From: Gemmatimonadales bacterium
Lineage (GTDB): Bacteria > Gemmatimonadota > Gemmatimonadetes > Gemmatimonadales > Gemmatimonadaceae
Reading direction: 5' to 3'
Length of the DNA: 64,000 nucleotides
NCBI GenBank assembly: GCA_038322455.1
Contig: JBBQFZ010000002.1
Coordinates: forward strand, 20,223-84,222
Shown here: positions 40,362 through 48,211 of the stretch, in pieces
How the letters are laid out: every line of letters starts with the position of its first letter
Numbering within the stretch: the stretch's first letter is position 1
The notes under the pieces: generated by a model
Told to the model about the DNA's origin: nothing
The model's input: only the letters and a program-made list of their open reading frames with translations
Database searches by the model: none
Position numbers and translations under genes: made by a program

Positions 40362-41029
40362 ATCGCCGCACAGTGGTGATCGCGATCGATGGACCGGCGG
40401 CATCGGGCAAGTCGTCAACCGCCCAAATGGTCGCCGACAAGCTCGGGTTTCTTCACGTGGATTCCGGCTCACTCTATCGAGCCGCAACCGCGGCCATTCT
40501 GCGGAAGGAAGTCGATCCCTCTCGTTGGACCGACGCCGCCGTTCTCGAGGCCGCCAGCTCCGTCGGGCTGCGGGCGGCCCGCACGTCCTTCTATCCAGTC
40601 CTCGACGGACGTGCGATCGAGGAAGAGATCCGTGGCTCCGAGGTCACCCGCAGCGTCTCACGGGTGGCCCAGATGCCGCGCGTGCGCGAGTGGGTGAACG
40701 ACCGCGTTCGTGAGGCGGCGGCCGCGGCCAACGTGGTGGTCGATGGGCGCGATATGGGCACCGTCGTATTTCCCGATGCCGACCTCAAGATTTTTCTCGT
40801 CGCGGATTCGAGGGAGCGCGCCTTGAGGCGTCTTCGCCAGCGCGGGACTCCTACCTCGGAACAATTGCTCGACGATGAGACCATACGCATAATGGAACGC
40901 GATGCCCGCGATGCCAAGCAAACCGTTCCCGCCGAAGACGCTGTCACGATCGACACGACGGCGCTGACCCAGCCGGAGCAGGTTGCCCAGATCGTTGCGC
41001 TGGCGGAAGAGCGATCGGGAGCGAGATAG
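40358..41029 (+). CDS. cmk: Cytidylate kinase
   Basis: IAIDGPAASGKSS, DSGSLYRA, VVDGRDMGTVVFPDADLKIFL. Confidence 0.95.
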   Translation: MNRRTVVIAIDGPAASGKSSTAQMVADKLGFLHVDSGSLYRAATAAILRKEVDPSRWTDAAVLEAASSVGLRAARTSFYPVLDGRAIEEEIRGSEVTRSVSRVAQMPRVREWVNDRVREAAAAANVVVDGRDMGTVVFPDADLKIFLVADSRERALRRLRQRGTPTSEQLLDDETIRIMERDARDAKQTVPAEDAVTIDTTALTQPEQVAQIVALAEERSGAR

Positions 41030-41031
41030 CG

Positions 41032-41109
41032 ATGGGTATGCCCGTCGGAGCACTCGAAGGACTTACCGACGAGGAGCTGATTCTGTTGCTCACGAAAGGG
41101 CTACGATAA
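41032..41109 (+). other. 25-codon small ORF or gene remnant (MGMPVGALEGLTDEELILLLTKGLR)
   Basis: Starts 2 nt after the cmk stop and is missing from the ORF track because of its size. It could be a small protein, a remnant or chance. Confidence 0.35.
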
Positions 41110-41150
41110 GCGAAGTCCGGTAGTGGGCCGACCCACTACCGCGAAGTCCG
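41110..41150. repeat. 10-bp direct repeat pair enclosing a perfect 10-bp hairpin
   Basis: GCGAAGTCCG at 41110-41119 and 41141-41150; CGGTAGTGGG-CCGA-CCCACTACCG at 41118-41141. Confidence 0.9.
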
Positions 41151-41156
41151 CTGGCG

Positions 41157-41185
41157 TTGACCCCAAGGGTTGGACGGCCTACATT
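41157..41185 (+). promoter_or_regulatory. Sigma70-type promoter of rpsA
   Basis: TTGACC, 17 nt, TACATT. Confidence 0.7.
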
Positions 41186-41227
41186 TAAAGGCTTGATTCG
41201 AACGCACCCAACCCTTTAACCCGCAAC

Positions 41228-43048
41228 ATGATAGACTCTGCCAGCGAAACACAAACCTCTACCGGCGCGACGCTGACCGCGCGCGAGAAGCGCGATCTGC
41301 AGAAGGCGCAGCTGCGTCCGCTTGCCAACCTCAGGCCCGAGCTTTACGACGACGACGATTATTCGCAGGACGAGCTCGAGACAATGATGGAGATGTACAA
41401 CGGGACGATGGCCTCGATCGAAGAGGGAGAAATCGTCAAGTCCCGCGTGCTGGATATTCGCGACAACATGGTCGTCCTCGACATCGGCTTCAAATCCGAA
41501 GGGACGATTCCGCTCGAAGAGTTCAAGGATCTTCCCGACCTCAAGCCGGGCGACGAAGTAGAAGTTCTTCTCGAGCACCTCGAGGATCAGGAAGGATCCG
41601 TCGTTCTTTCGAAGAAGAAAGCCGACTTCATGCGCGTGTGGGAGCGCATCCGCGTTGCCTACGAGAACGACGAACCAGTGCGCGGCTCATTGATCAAGAA
41701 GATCAAGGGCGGCGTGGTAGTCGATCTCATGGGAGTCGATGCATTTCTCCCTGGATCTCAGATCGCCCTCCGGCGCGTTCCCAACGTCGACGAGCTGCTC
41801 GGCCAGACCTTCGACTTCAAGATCATCAAGCTCAATAAGCGCCGGCGGAACATCGTCGTCTCGCGTCGCGTCATCCTCGAGCAGGAGAGAGCGGGCAAGC
41901 GCGAGAAGCTGATGAAGGAGCTGCAGAAAGATCAGGTCCGCAAGGGCGTGGTCAAGAACATCACCGACTTCGGCGCATTCATCGATCTCGGCGGCGTTGA
42001 CGGTCTGCTCCACATCACCGACATGTCGTACGGTCGCATTCAGCATCCGTCCGAGATGGTGCACATCGGCCAGGAGCTCGAGGTCAAGGTTCTCGACATC
42101 GATTGGGACCGGGAGCGCATCTCCCTCGGCCTCAAGCAGCTCCAGAGCTATCCGTGGAAGGATGTCGCCGAGAAGTATCCGGTCGGCACGCGCGTCAGTG
42201 GCAAGGTTGTTTCGATCACCAACTATGGCGCGTTCATCGAGCTCGAGCCGGGCATCGAAGGCCTCGTTCACATCAGCGAGATGAGCTGGACGCGCAACGT
42301 TCGTCATCCGTCGAAGCTGGTGTCGATCGGCGAAGCGATCGAAGCTGTCGTGCTCAAAGTCGATCCGAACGAGGAAAAGATCTCGCTCGGCATGAAGCAG
42401 ACGGAGCAGGATCCGTGGATGATGCTGCCGGATAAGTATCCGATCGGCACGCGTCTCAACGGCAAGGTCCGCAACCTCACCAGCTTTGGCGCGTTTGTAG
42501 AGATCGAGCCGGGCATCGACGGACTGATTCACATCTCCGACATGTCGTGGACCAAGCGCGTTCAGCATCCTTCGGAAGTTGTGAAGAAGGGCGACTCGGT
42601 CGACGTCGTGATATTGAACGTCGATGCGGAGAACAAGCGCATCTCACTGGGTCTCAAGCAGGCGACCGAAGATCCGTGGCTGCGTATCGGCGAGACCTAT
42701 CCGGTCGGCACCGAGCTGCGCGGCAAAGTCGTGCGTCTGATGGATAAGGGCGTCGTCGTCGACATTGGCAACGACATCGAGGGCTTCGTTCCCGTAAGCC
42801 AGCTGAACTTCGGCCAGCCGGTGAACAGTCCCGCGGACATCGTCTACGAGACGATGAATCTCGACCTCAGGGTTCTCGAGGTGGATCCGATCCATCGGCG
42901 GATCGTTCTGGCAGTGACGGCGATTCCAGAGGATCAGCCTCCGCGTCCGGAAACGCCGTCCAAGGTGATTCCGATGGAGTCCGACGATTACAATCTGTCC
43001 GATCCCATCCCAACGCCGCCTGATTCATACGTGGAAGAGCCGGCATAA
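41228..43048 (+). CDS. rpsA: 30S ribosomal protein S1
   Basis: Six S1 repeats (DIGFKSEG, AFLPGSQ, ITDFGAFIDLGGVDGLLH, YGAFIEL, FGAFVEI, IEGFVP). Confidence 0.97.
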   Translation: MIDSASETQTSTGATLTAREKRDLQKAQLRPLANLRPELYDDDDYSQDELETMMEMYNGTMASIEEGEIVKSRVLDIRDNMVVLDIGFKSEGTIPLEEFKDLPDLKPGDEVEVLLEHLEDQEGSVVLSKKKADFMRVWERIRVAYENDEPVRGSLIKKIKGGVVVDLMGVDAFLPGSQIALRRVPNVDELLGQTFDFKIIKLNKRRRNIVVSRRVILEQERAGKREKLMKELQKDQVRKGVVKNITDFGAFIDLGGVDGLLHITDMSYGRIQHPSEMVHIGQELEVKVLDIDWDRERISLGLKQLQSYPWKDVAEKYPVGTRVSGKVVSITNYGAFIELEPGIEGLVHISEMSWTRNVRHPSKLVSIGEAIEAVVLKVDPNEEKISLGMKQTEQDPWMMLPDKYPIGTRLNGKVRNLTSFGAFVEIEPGIDGLIHISDMSWTKRVQHPSEVVKKGDSVDVVILNVDAENKRISLGLKQATEDPWLRIGETYPVGTELRGKVVRLMDKGVVVDIGNDIEGFVPVSQLNFGQPVNSPADIVYETMNLDLRVLEVDPIHRRIVLAVTAIPEDQPPRPETPSKVIPMESDDYNLSDPIPTPPDSYVEEPA

Positions 43049-43070
43049 CATTCGGCTGATTTCAGCGAGT

Positions 43071-43105
43071 AACGGTCCGTTCGTAAGAGCGGGCCGTTTT
43101 CTTTT
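43071..43105 (+). terminator. Intrinsic terminator after rpsA
   Basis: AACGGTCCGTTC-GTAA-GAGCGGGCCGTT followed by TTCTTTT. Confidence 0.85.
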
Positions 43106-43197
43106 CCCGGAACCGGGCGTTCGATACTCAAATCCCCACGAATCGTCCTACTTATGCCGGATTAGCTCCCCCCTTTCCCGCTCAATCCTCGCCCCAA

Positions 43198-44307
43198 TTG
43201 CCAACCTCAGCCGAACGCGAAGCCCTTCTCGTATTGGATCACGAGCTTACAGTCCGTGCCGCGAACAGGGGGTTCTACTCCATGTTTCGCCTTGCTCCGG
43301 AGGAGTGCGTCGGCCAAAAGGTCTACCAGCTCGGCGGTCGAGCTTGGGACGAACGCCTTCGTTCGTTGCTCGAGACGGTTCTAAGCGGTGAGCCGCAGGC
43401 TGATCATTTCGAGCTGATTCACGACGAGAAGGAAGGTGGCCGCGGAGTGCTTTGGGTCAGTGCCCGCCTGATGCCCGCCGACGATCCCGCCGACGCGACG
43501 ATTCTCCTCGCCATCGAAGACCTGACGACTGGTCGCACGGTAGAGCAGTCTCTGCTGACGAAGAGCCAGGAGCTGTTCACCTTGGCCGACCTGGCAGGTC
43601 GCAGCGCACACGAGCTGAACAATCTGTTGACCGTGATCCACATGAACGCGGATCTCATCGAGACCGCGCTTGCTTCTGCCAAGAAGTCGACGCTCGAAGC
43701 GGCCGACATTCGTCTGGCCGTCGAGCGGGCTCAATCGATCACGAAGAAGTTGTTGCTCACGAGCAGGCGGGTGCTGCCGCAGCCGACAGGCCTCGACAGA
43801 AACGACGGGTCCGTCCCTCTTCCCGGATCTCCGCTCAAGGAATCGGACACCGAGCGAGCTGAGCGCGAAGAAGCACAGGCGCAGTCTGGCCGACTCCGCG
43901 GGCCGCGGGAAGGCGTGCCGGCGGGGCACGAAACGATTCTCCTCGTTGACGACGAGAAATCCCTGCGCAAGCTCGCAAATCGAGTGCTCTCGGCGGCGGG
44001 CTATCGCGTGCTCGAGGCATCTGACGGCGCAGTCGCTCTTCGTGTCGCTGCCGAGGAGGTAGGCGAGGTCGATCTGGTTCTAACCGACGTGGAAATGCCG
44101 ACGCTTGGCGGCCGCGGAATGGTGGACGAGCTGCTCGAGTTGAGTCCAGGCACCCGGGTCCTGTTCATGTCCGGGTACACCGACAACGAGATTCTCCGGC
44201 GTGGAATAAGGACTTCCGAGACGAACTTCCTTCAGAAGCCATTCACAGCCGAGTCATTGATTGCAGCGGTGCGTGCGACGCTGACCAAGCCCGCGACTGC
44301 ACCGTAG
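43198..44307 (+). CDS. PAS-HisKA(DHp)-receiver protein lacking the HATPase domain
   Basis: CheR-type PAS (LVLDHELTVRAANRGFY), H-box AHELNNLL, ~45-aa linker, then REC (LLVDD, LTDVEMP, FMSGY, QKPF). No N, G1, F or G2 boxes. The TTG start is uncertain. Confidence 0.8.
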   Translation: MPTSAEREALLVLDHELTVRAANRGFYSMFRLAPEECVGQKVYQLGGRAWDERLRSLLETVLSGEPQADHFELIHDEKEGGRGVLWVSARLMPADDPADATILLAIEDLTTGRTVEQSLLTKSQELFTLADLAGRSAHELNNLLTVIHMNADLIETALASAKKSTLEAADIRLAVERAQSITKKLLLTSRRVLPQPTGLDRNDGSVPLPGSPLKESDTERAEREEAQAQSGRLRGPREGVPAGHETILLVDDEKSLRKLANRVLSAAGYRVLEASDGAVALRVAAEEVGEVDLVLTDVEMPTLGGRGMVDELLELSPGTRVLFMSGYTDNEILRRGIRTSETNFLQKPFTAESLIAAVRATLTKPATAP

Positions 44308-45368
44308 TGGCGTCCAAGCGACTGAATGGCTTTGAAGCCAAGGCACGCATACTCGTCATCGATGACCATGAAGAGAACATCAAGCTCGTAACCAGAGTTC
44401 TCTCAAAGGCCGGATACAAGCACATCGCCTCCACGATCAACTCCGCCGAAGCCCTGTCGCTTCACGTGGAGTTCAAGCCGGACCTCGTCCTGCTGGATCT
44501 CCACATGGGGGATAAGGACGGCTTCGAAGTCCTCCAGGAATTCGCTTCCCTGAACGGAGGCGGTGAGCGTGTTCCAGTGCTCATGATCACGGCGGACGAC
44601 AGCGCGGAGACCAAACGCCGCGCGCTCGCCTTGGGGGCAAAGGACTTCGTCGGAAAGCCGTTCGACGGACCCGAGGTGCTGCTTCGCATCGCCAACCTCC
44701 TGGAAACTCGATTTCTTCAGCTGGCGCTCGAGGGGCAGAACTCGGAGCTGGAGCAGAAAGTCGCTGAGCGAACGAAAGCGCTCGAGGAATCGCAGCTCGA
44801 AGTGCTCGAGCGATTGGCGGCCGCGGTCGAATTCCGGGACGACGACACCGGTCAACACACCAAGCGGGTCGGCAAGGTCTCGGCGATGCTGGCCGAAGCG
44901 ATTGGGCTTCCCCCGGAAACCGTACAATTGATCGAACGCGCCGCGCCCCTTCACGATATCGGAAAAGTCGGAATCCCCGACAACATCCTCCTCAAGGCCG
45001 GGCCGCTAACGTCTGAAGAGTTCGAGATCATGAAGTCCCACACGGTCATCGGGGCGAGGATGTTGTCAAATGGGGGCTCGGAGCTTGTTCGGATGTCACA
45101 ACGGATTGCGCTCAGCCATCATGAGTGGTGGGATGGCTCGGGGTATCCGCACCGTACATCAGGGGACCGGATTCCCCTCGAAGCGAGAATTGTTGCGATC
45201 GCCGATTTCCTCGACGCACTCACTCACGACCGTCCGTATCGTCCAGCGTGGTCGCTCGCCGAAACGCTTCAGGAGATCAAGAGCAGATCGGGCACGCACT
45301 TCGAGCCCCTCATCGCCACTACTCTCGCCAAGATCGACTGGCGGGCCAATTACGCGCTCGTAACGTAG
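44307..45368 (+). CDS. Response regulator with HD-GYP phosphodiesterase domain (RpfG-like)
   Basis: REC (VIDD, LLDLHM, MITA, GKPF); HDIGKVGIP, HTVIG, HHEWWDGSGYP, RIVAIADFLDAL, RPYR. GTG overlaps the upstream TAG by 1 nt. Confidence 0.93.
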   Translation: MASKRLNGFEAKARILVIDDHEENIKLVTRVLSKAGYKHIASTINSAEALSLHVEFKPDLVLLDLHMGDKDGFEVLQEFASLNGGGERVPVLMITADDSAETKRRALALGAKDFVGKPFDGPEVLLRIANLLETRFLQLALEGQNSELEQKVAERTKALEESQLEVLERLAAAVEFRDDDTGQHTKRVGKVSAMLAEAIGLPPETVQLIERAAPLHDIGKVGIPDNILLKAGPLTSEEFEIMKSHTVIGARMLSNGGSELVRMSQRIALSHHEWWDGSGYPHRTSGDRIPLEARIVAIADFLDALTHDRPYRPAWSLAETLQEIKSRSGTHFEPLIATTLAKIDWRANYALVT

Positions 45369-45431
45369 CTGCGGCGGGTTTTTTGCTTTAGCCACCCTTC
45401 AGAGAAACGGTCACCTTTCTGGAGGGGAGCG

Positions 45432-46265
45432 ATGCTTTGGACACCCGGGGGGCGAAGCCCCAATCTCGAGGACCGCCGTTCGAGCGGCGGCGGAGGTATG
45501 GGCAGAGGTTTGGGCATCGGCGGGACCATTGTGGTTCTTGGCTTGAGCCTGCTCTTCGGCCGAAATCTGTTCACGGACCTGGGTGTACAGCCCGCCGGCG
45601 TTTCGACCGCATCAACCCCACTGAGCGCCGCGGATTCTGCCGCGCAGGAGACGGAAGTCCAGTTCGTCTCGTTCGTCCTCGACGACGTGCAGAAGACGTG
45701 GGCGAGCACGCTGTCCAACTCGAGCACCCCATTCCATCCGGCGAGGCTCGTGCTATTTCGGAATTCCACCGACTCCGGTTGCGGGCCCGCCCAGTCAGCC
45801 ATGGGTCCCTTTTATTGTCCCGTGGATCAGCGCGTCTATCTCGACCTCGGCTTTTTCGACGAGCTGAAGCAGCGTTACAGTGCGTCCGGTGACTTCGCAC
45901 AGGCCTACGTAATCGCCCACGAGCTTGGACACCACATTCAGCATCTTCAAGGCATCGACGCACAGATGCGCCAGGCCCAGGAGTCGGATCCGTCACGGGC
46001 GAACCGGATGTCGGTTGCCCTCGAGCTACAGGCCGATTGCTATGCAGGCGTGTGGGCGCACTCCACGCAGGGCAGACTTCTTCAGGCGGGAGACGTTGAC
46101 GAGGCGCTGACTGCGGCCTCCGCCGTCGGGGACGATCGGATTCAGCAGCGCACGACCGGCCGCGTAAATGTCGATTCGTTCACCCACGGCTCGGCGGCAC
46201 AGAGGTCGGCATCGTTCAAGCGCGGCATGGAGACCGGCGATCCCAGAAGCTGCGCGATGAGCTGA
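45432..46265 (+). CDS. Putative neutral zinc metallopeptidase (YpfJ family)
   Basis: NLEDRR, GPFYCP, GDFAQAYVIAHELGHHIQ, LELQADCYAG, FTHGSAAQR. Confidence 0.9.
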   Translation: MLWTPGGRSPNLEDRRSSGGGGMGRGLGIGGTIVVLGLSLLFGRNLFTDLGVQPAGVSTASTPLSAADSAAQETEVQFVSFVLDDVQKTWASTLSNSSTPFHPARLVLFRNSTDSGCGPAQSAMGPFYCPVDQRVYLDLGFFDELKQRYSASGDFAQAYVIAHELGHHIQHLQGIDAQMRQAQESDPSRANRMSVALELQADCYAGVWAHSTQGRLLQAGDVDEALTAASAVGDDRIQQRTTGRVNVDSFTHGSAAQRSASFKRGMETGDPRSCAMS

Positions 46266-46267
46266 GC

Positions 46268-46792
46268 TTACAGGTAGCGCGTCTGGAGCATCTCGCGGTG
46301 GTGCAGCTCGTGCCCGGCGACGATGTAAGCCAACGCCCTCACCGTCACCTCGGCGCCATTCGCTGTGCCGCGCCGCATCCAGGCGTCTTCGCTGAGATGC
46401 GTGAAAAATAGAACGGTCGATCGCCTGAGACTCTCCAGCTCCGAGGCGAGCTCGGCGAGCACATAGTCGTCGAACGTGGCGTTTCGAACGTAGTCATCCT
46501 GCTCGAATCCCGGCAACGCCGTCAAATCGTTGCGGGCGAATCTGAGCGCGCGCGCGACGAAGATCCGCTCGCTGTCCATCAGGTGACCGATCATTTCGTT
46601 GACGCTCCACTTATCCGGTGCGTAGCGGTAGGTCCCCACTGAGGAAGGTAGACTATTAATGAGCGCCTGCGTATCCGACATCTGCTGCGCGAGCGTCGTG
46701 AGGATGTCGCCCGGTGCAACGAGATCTATGTACCTGCCGTAGTAGGGAAGAAACTCGCCCGCTTCCGGCTTCATCGTTCTTACGGCTGACAA
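46268..46792 (-). CDS. DinB/YfiT-family protein
   Basis: PYYGRYI, YAPDKWSVNEMIGHL, PGFEQDDYV, AGHELHH. The start could be ATG 46774. Confidence 0.88.
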   Translation of the reverse strand: MSAVRTMKPEAGEFLPYYGRYIDLVAPGDILTTLAQQMSDTQALINSLPSSVGTYRYAPDKWSVNEMIGHLMDSERIFVARALRFARNDLTALPGFEQDDYVRNATFDDYVLAELASELESLRRSTVLFFTHLSEDAWMRRGTANGAEVTVRALAYIVAGHELHHREMLQTRYL

Positions 46793-46920
46793 CGTTGTCT
46801 CCGCTGATTTGATGGCGTTCGAGAAATAGAATGCTGGGGAGGCCCCCGCGCCACCGCCACATTGCTGCCCCGGGCTGGTGGGCGTATCATGCGGTCACAA
46901 ACTCTTGGGCCCCCGGGGGA

Positions 46921-48153
46921 ATGCCAGACCCGCACGATCCGTACATTTCTCTTCGCAACTCCAATTTTCTCTGGTACGTCGCCAGTCTTGTCGCGATAAC
47001 CCTGGGCACGCAGATCCAGGCGACTGTGGTTGCCTGGCAGGTGTACGCCCTCACGAAGGACCCTCTATCGCTTGGGATAGTCGGGCTGGCAGAGGCGCTG
47101 CCGTTCATCACCGCGGCTCTTTACGCGGGACACGTGGCCGATAGGAAAAATCGAAAGACCCTTTCGATGGTGGCAATCGGTATACAAGTGATTTGCGGAA
47201 TTGCCCTGCTCCTCCTCACGGTTCGCTCGAGCGCGCTGCTCGCCGGCCGTGTGTGGCCGATCTACGCGGTTGTGAGCGCGAGCGGTCTCGCGCGCAGCTT
47301 CCTTCAGCCCGCGCGCACCGCACTCGGGGCCGAAATCGTGCCGCGTGAGACTTATGCGAATGCGGTTACCTGGCGCTCTTCGCTGTGGCAGTTTGCGGCC
47401 GTCGTCGGACCTGCATTGGGCGGACTGATCTACGGATTCTCGGGACCGAGGCTCGCCTATGTCGTGGAGTCCATTCTTTGCGCGATCGCGCTCGCCCTGT
47501 TCGCACGGATTGCCTACTCGCGGCATCCGGTAGTCGCGGACGAGGCAACGATCGGGGAAAATCTGACGATTGGCATCCGATTTCTCCTCACCCAACCCGA
47601 ACTGCTCGGGGCCCAGCTTCTCGATCTCTTCTCTGTCCTGTTCGGGGGCGCGCCCGCGCTCCTGCCGATTTTTGCGTCGGAAATCCTACATGCGGGTCCG
47701 CAGGGACTCGGAGTTCTGCGGGCAGCGCCGGCAGCGGGCGCGGTGCTGATCTCGGTGCTGTTGGTACACCGAAGGCTGCGCAGAGCGGGGCCGATACTGT
47801 TCCTTTGCGTGGCCGGCTTTGGCGCCAGCTGGATACTTTTTGCCCTTTCGCGTTCGTTCTGGTTGTCGCTGATGCTGCTCTTCATCGGTGGCATGTTCGA
47901 CAACGTCAGCGTGGTGATTCGCTCTACTCTGCTCACTTTGCGGACACCCCGGCATCTCCTCGGCAGGGTCTCGGCGGTCAACCAGATCTTCATCGGATCC
48001 TCGAACGAGATCGGCTCGTTCGAGTCGGGCGTTGCGGCCAGGATCCTGGGAACGGTCAGGTCGGTGATTTTTGGCGGGATAGTGACGTTGGGGGTCGTCG
48101 GCGTGACGGCCTGGAGGATCCCGGCCCTCAGGCGGCTCGACCAACTCGATTGA
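46921..48153 (+). CDS. MFS transporter (EntS/DHA3-like)
   Basis: About 12 TM segments; GHVADRKNRK (motif A), LFSVLFGGA...LLPIFA, LLGRVSAVNQIF, SNEIGSFESG; GGGGGA RBS before ATG 46921. Confidence 0.9.
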   Translation: MPDPHDPYISLRNSNFLWYVASLVAITLGTQIQATVVAWQVYALTKDPLSLGIVGLAEALPFITAALYAGHVADRKNRKTLSMVAIGIQVICGIALLLLTVRSSALLAGRVWPIYAVVSASGLARSFLQPARTALGAEIVPRETYANAVTWRSSLWQFAAVVGPALGGLIYGFSGPRLAYVVESILCAIALALFARIAYSRHPVVADEATIGENLTIGIRFLLTQPELLGAQLLDLFSVLFGGAPALLPIFASEILHAGPQGLGVLRAAPAAGAVLISVLLVHRRLRRAGPILFLCVAGFGASWILFALSRSFWLSLMLLFIGGMFDNVSVVIRSTLLTLRTPRHLLGRVSAVNQIFIGSSNEIGSFESGVAARILGTVRSVIFGGIVTLGVVGVTAWRIPALRRLDQLD

Positions 48154-48211
48154 CGGAGTAAAGAGCACAAAATCCACTGTTCCGAAATCGCGCCGAGTGA
48201 CACATTAGGCC

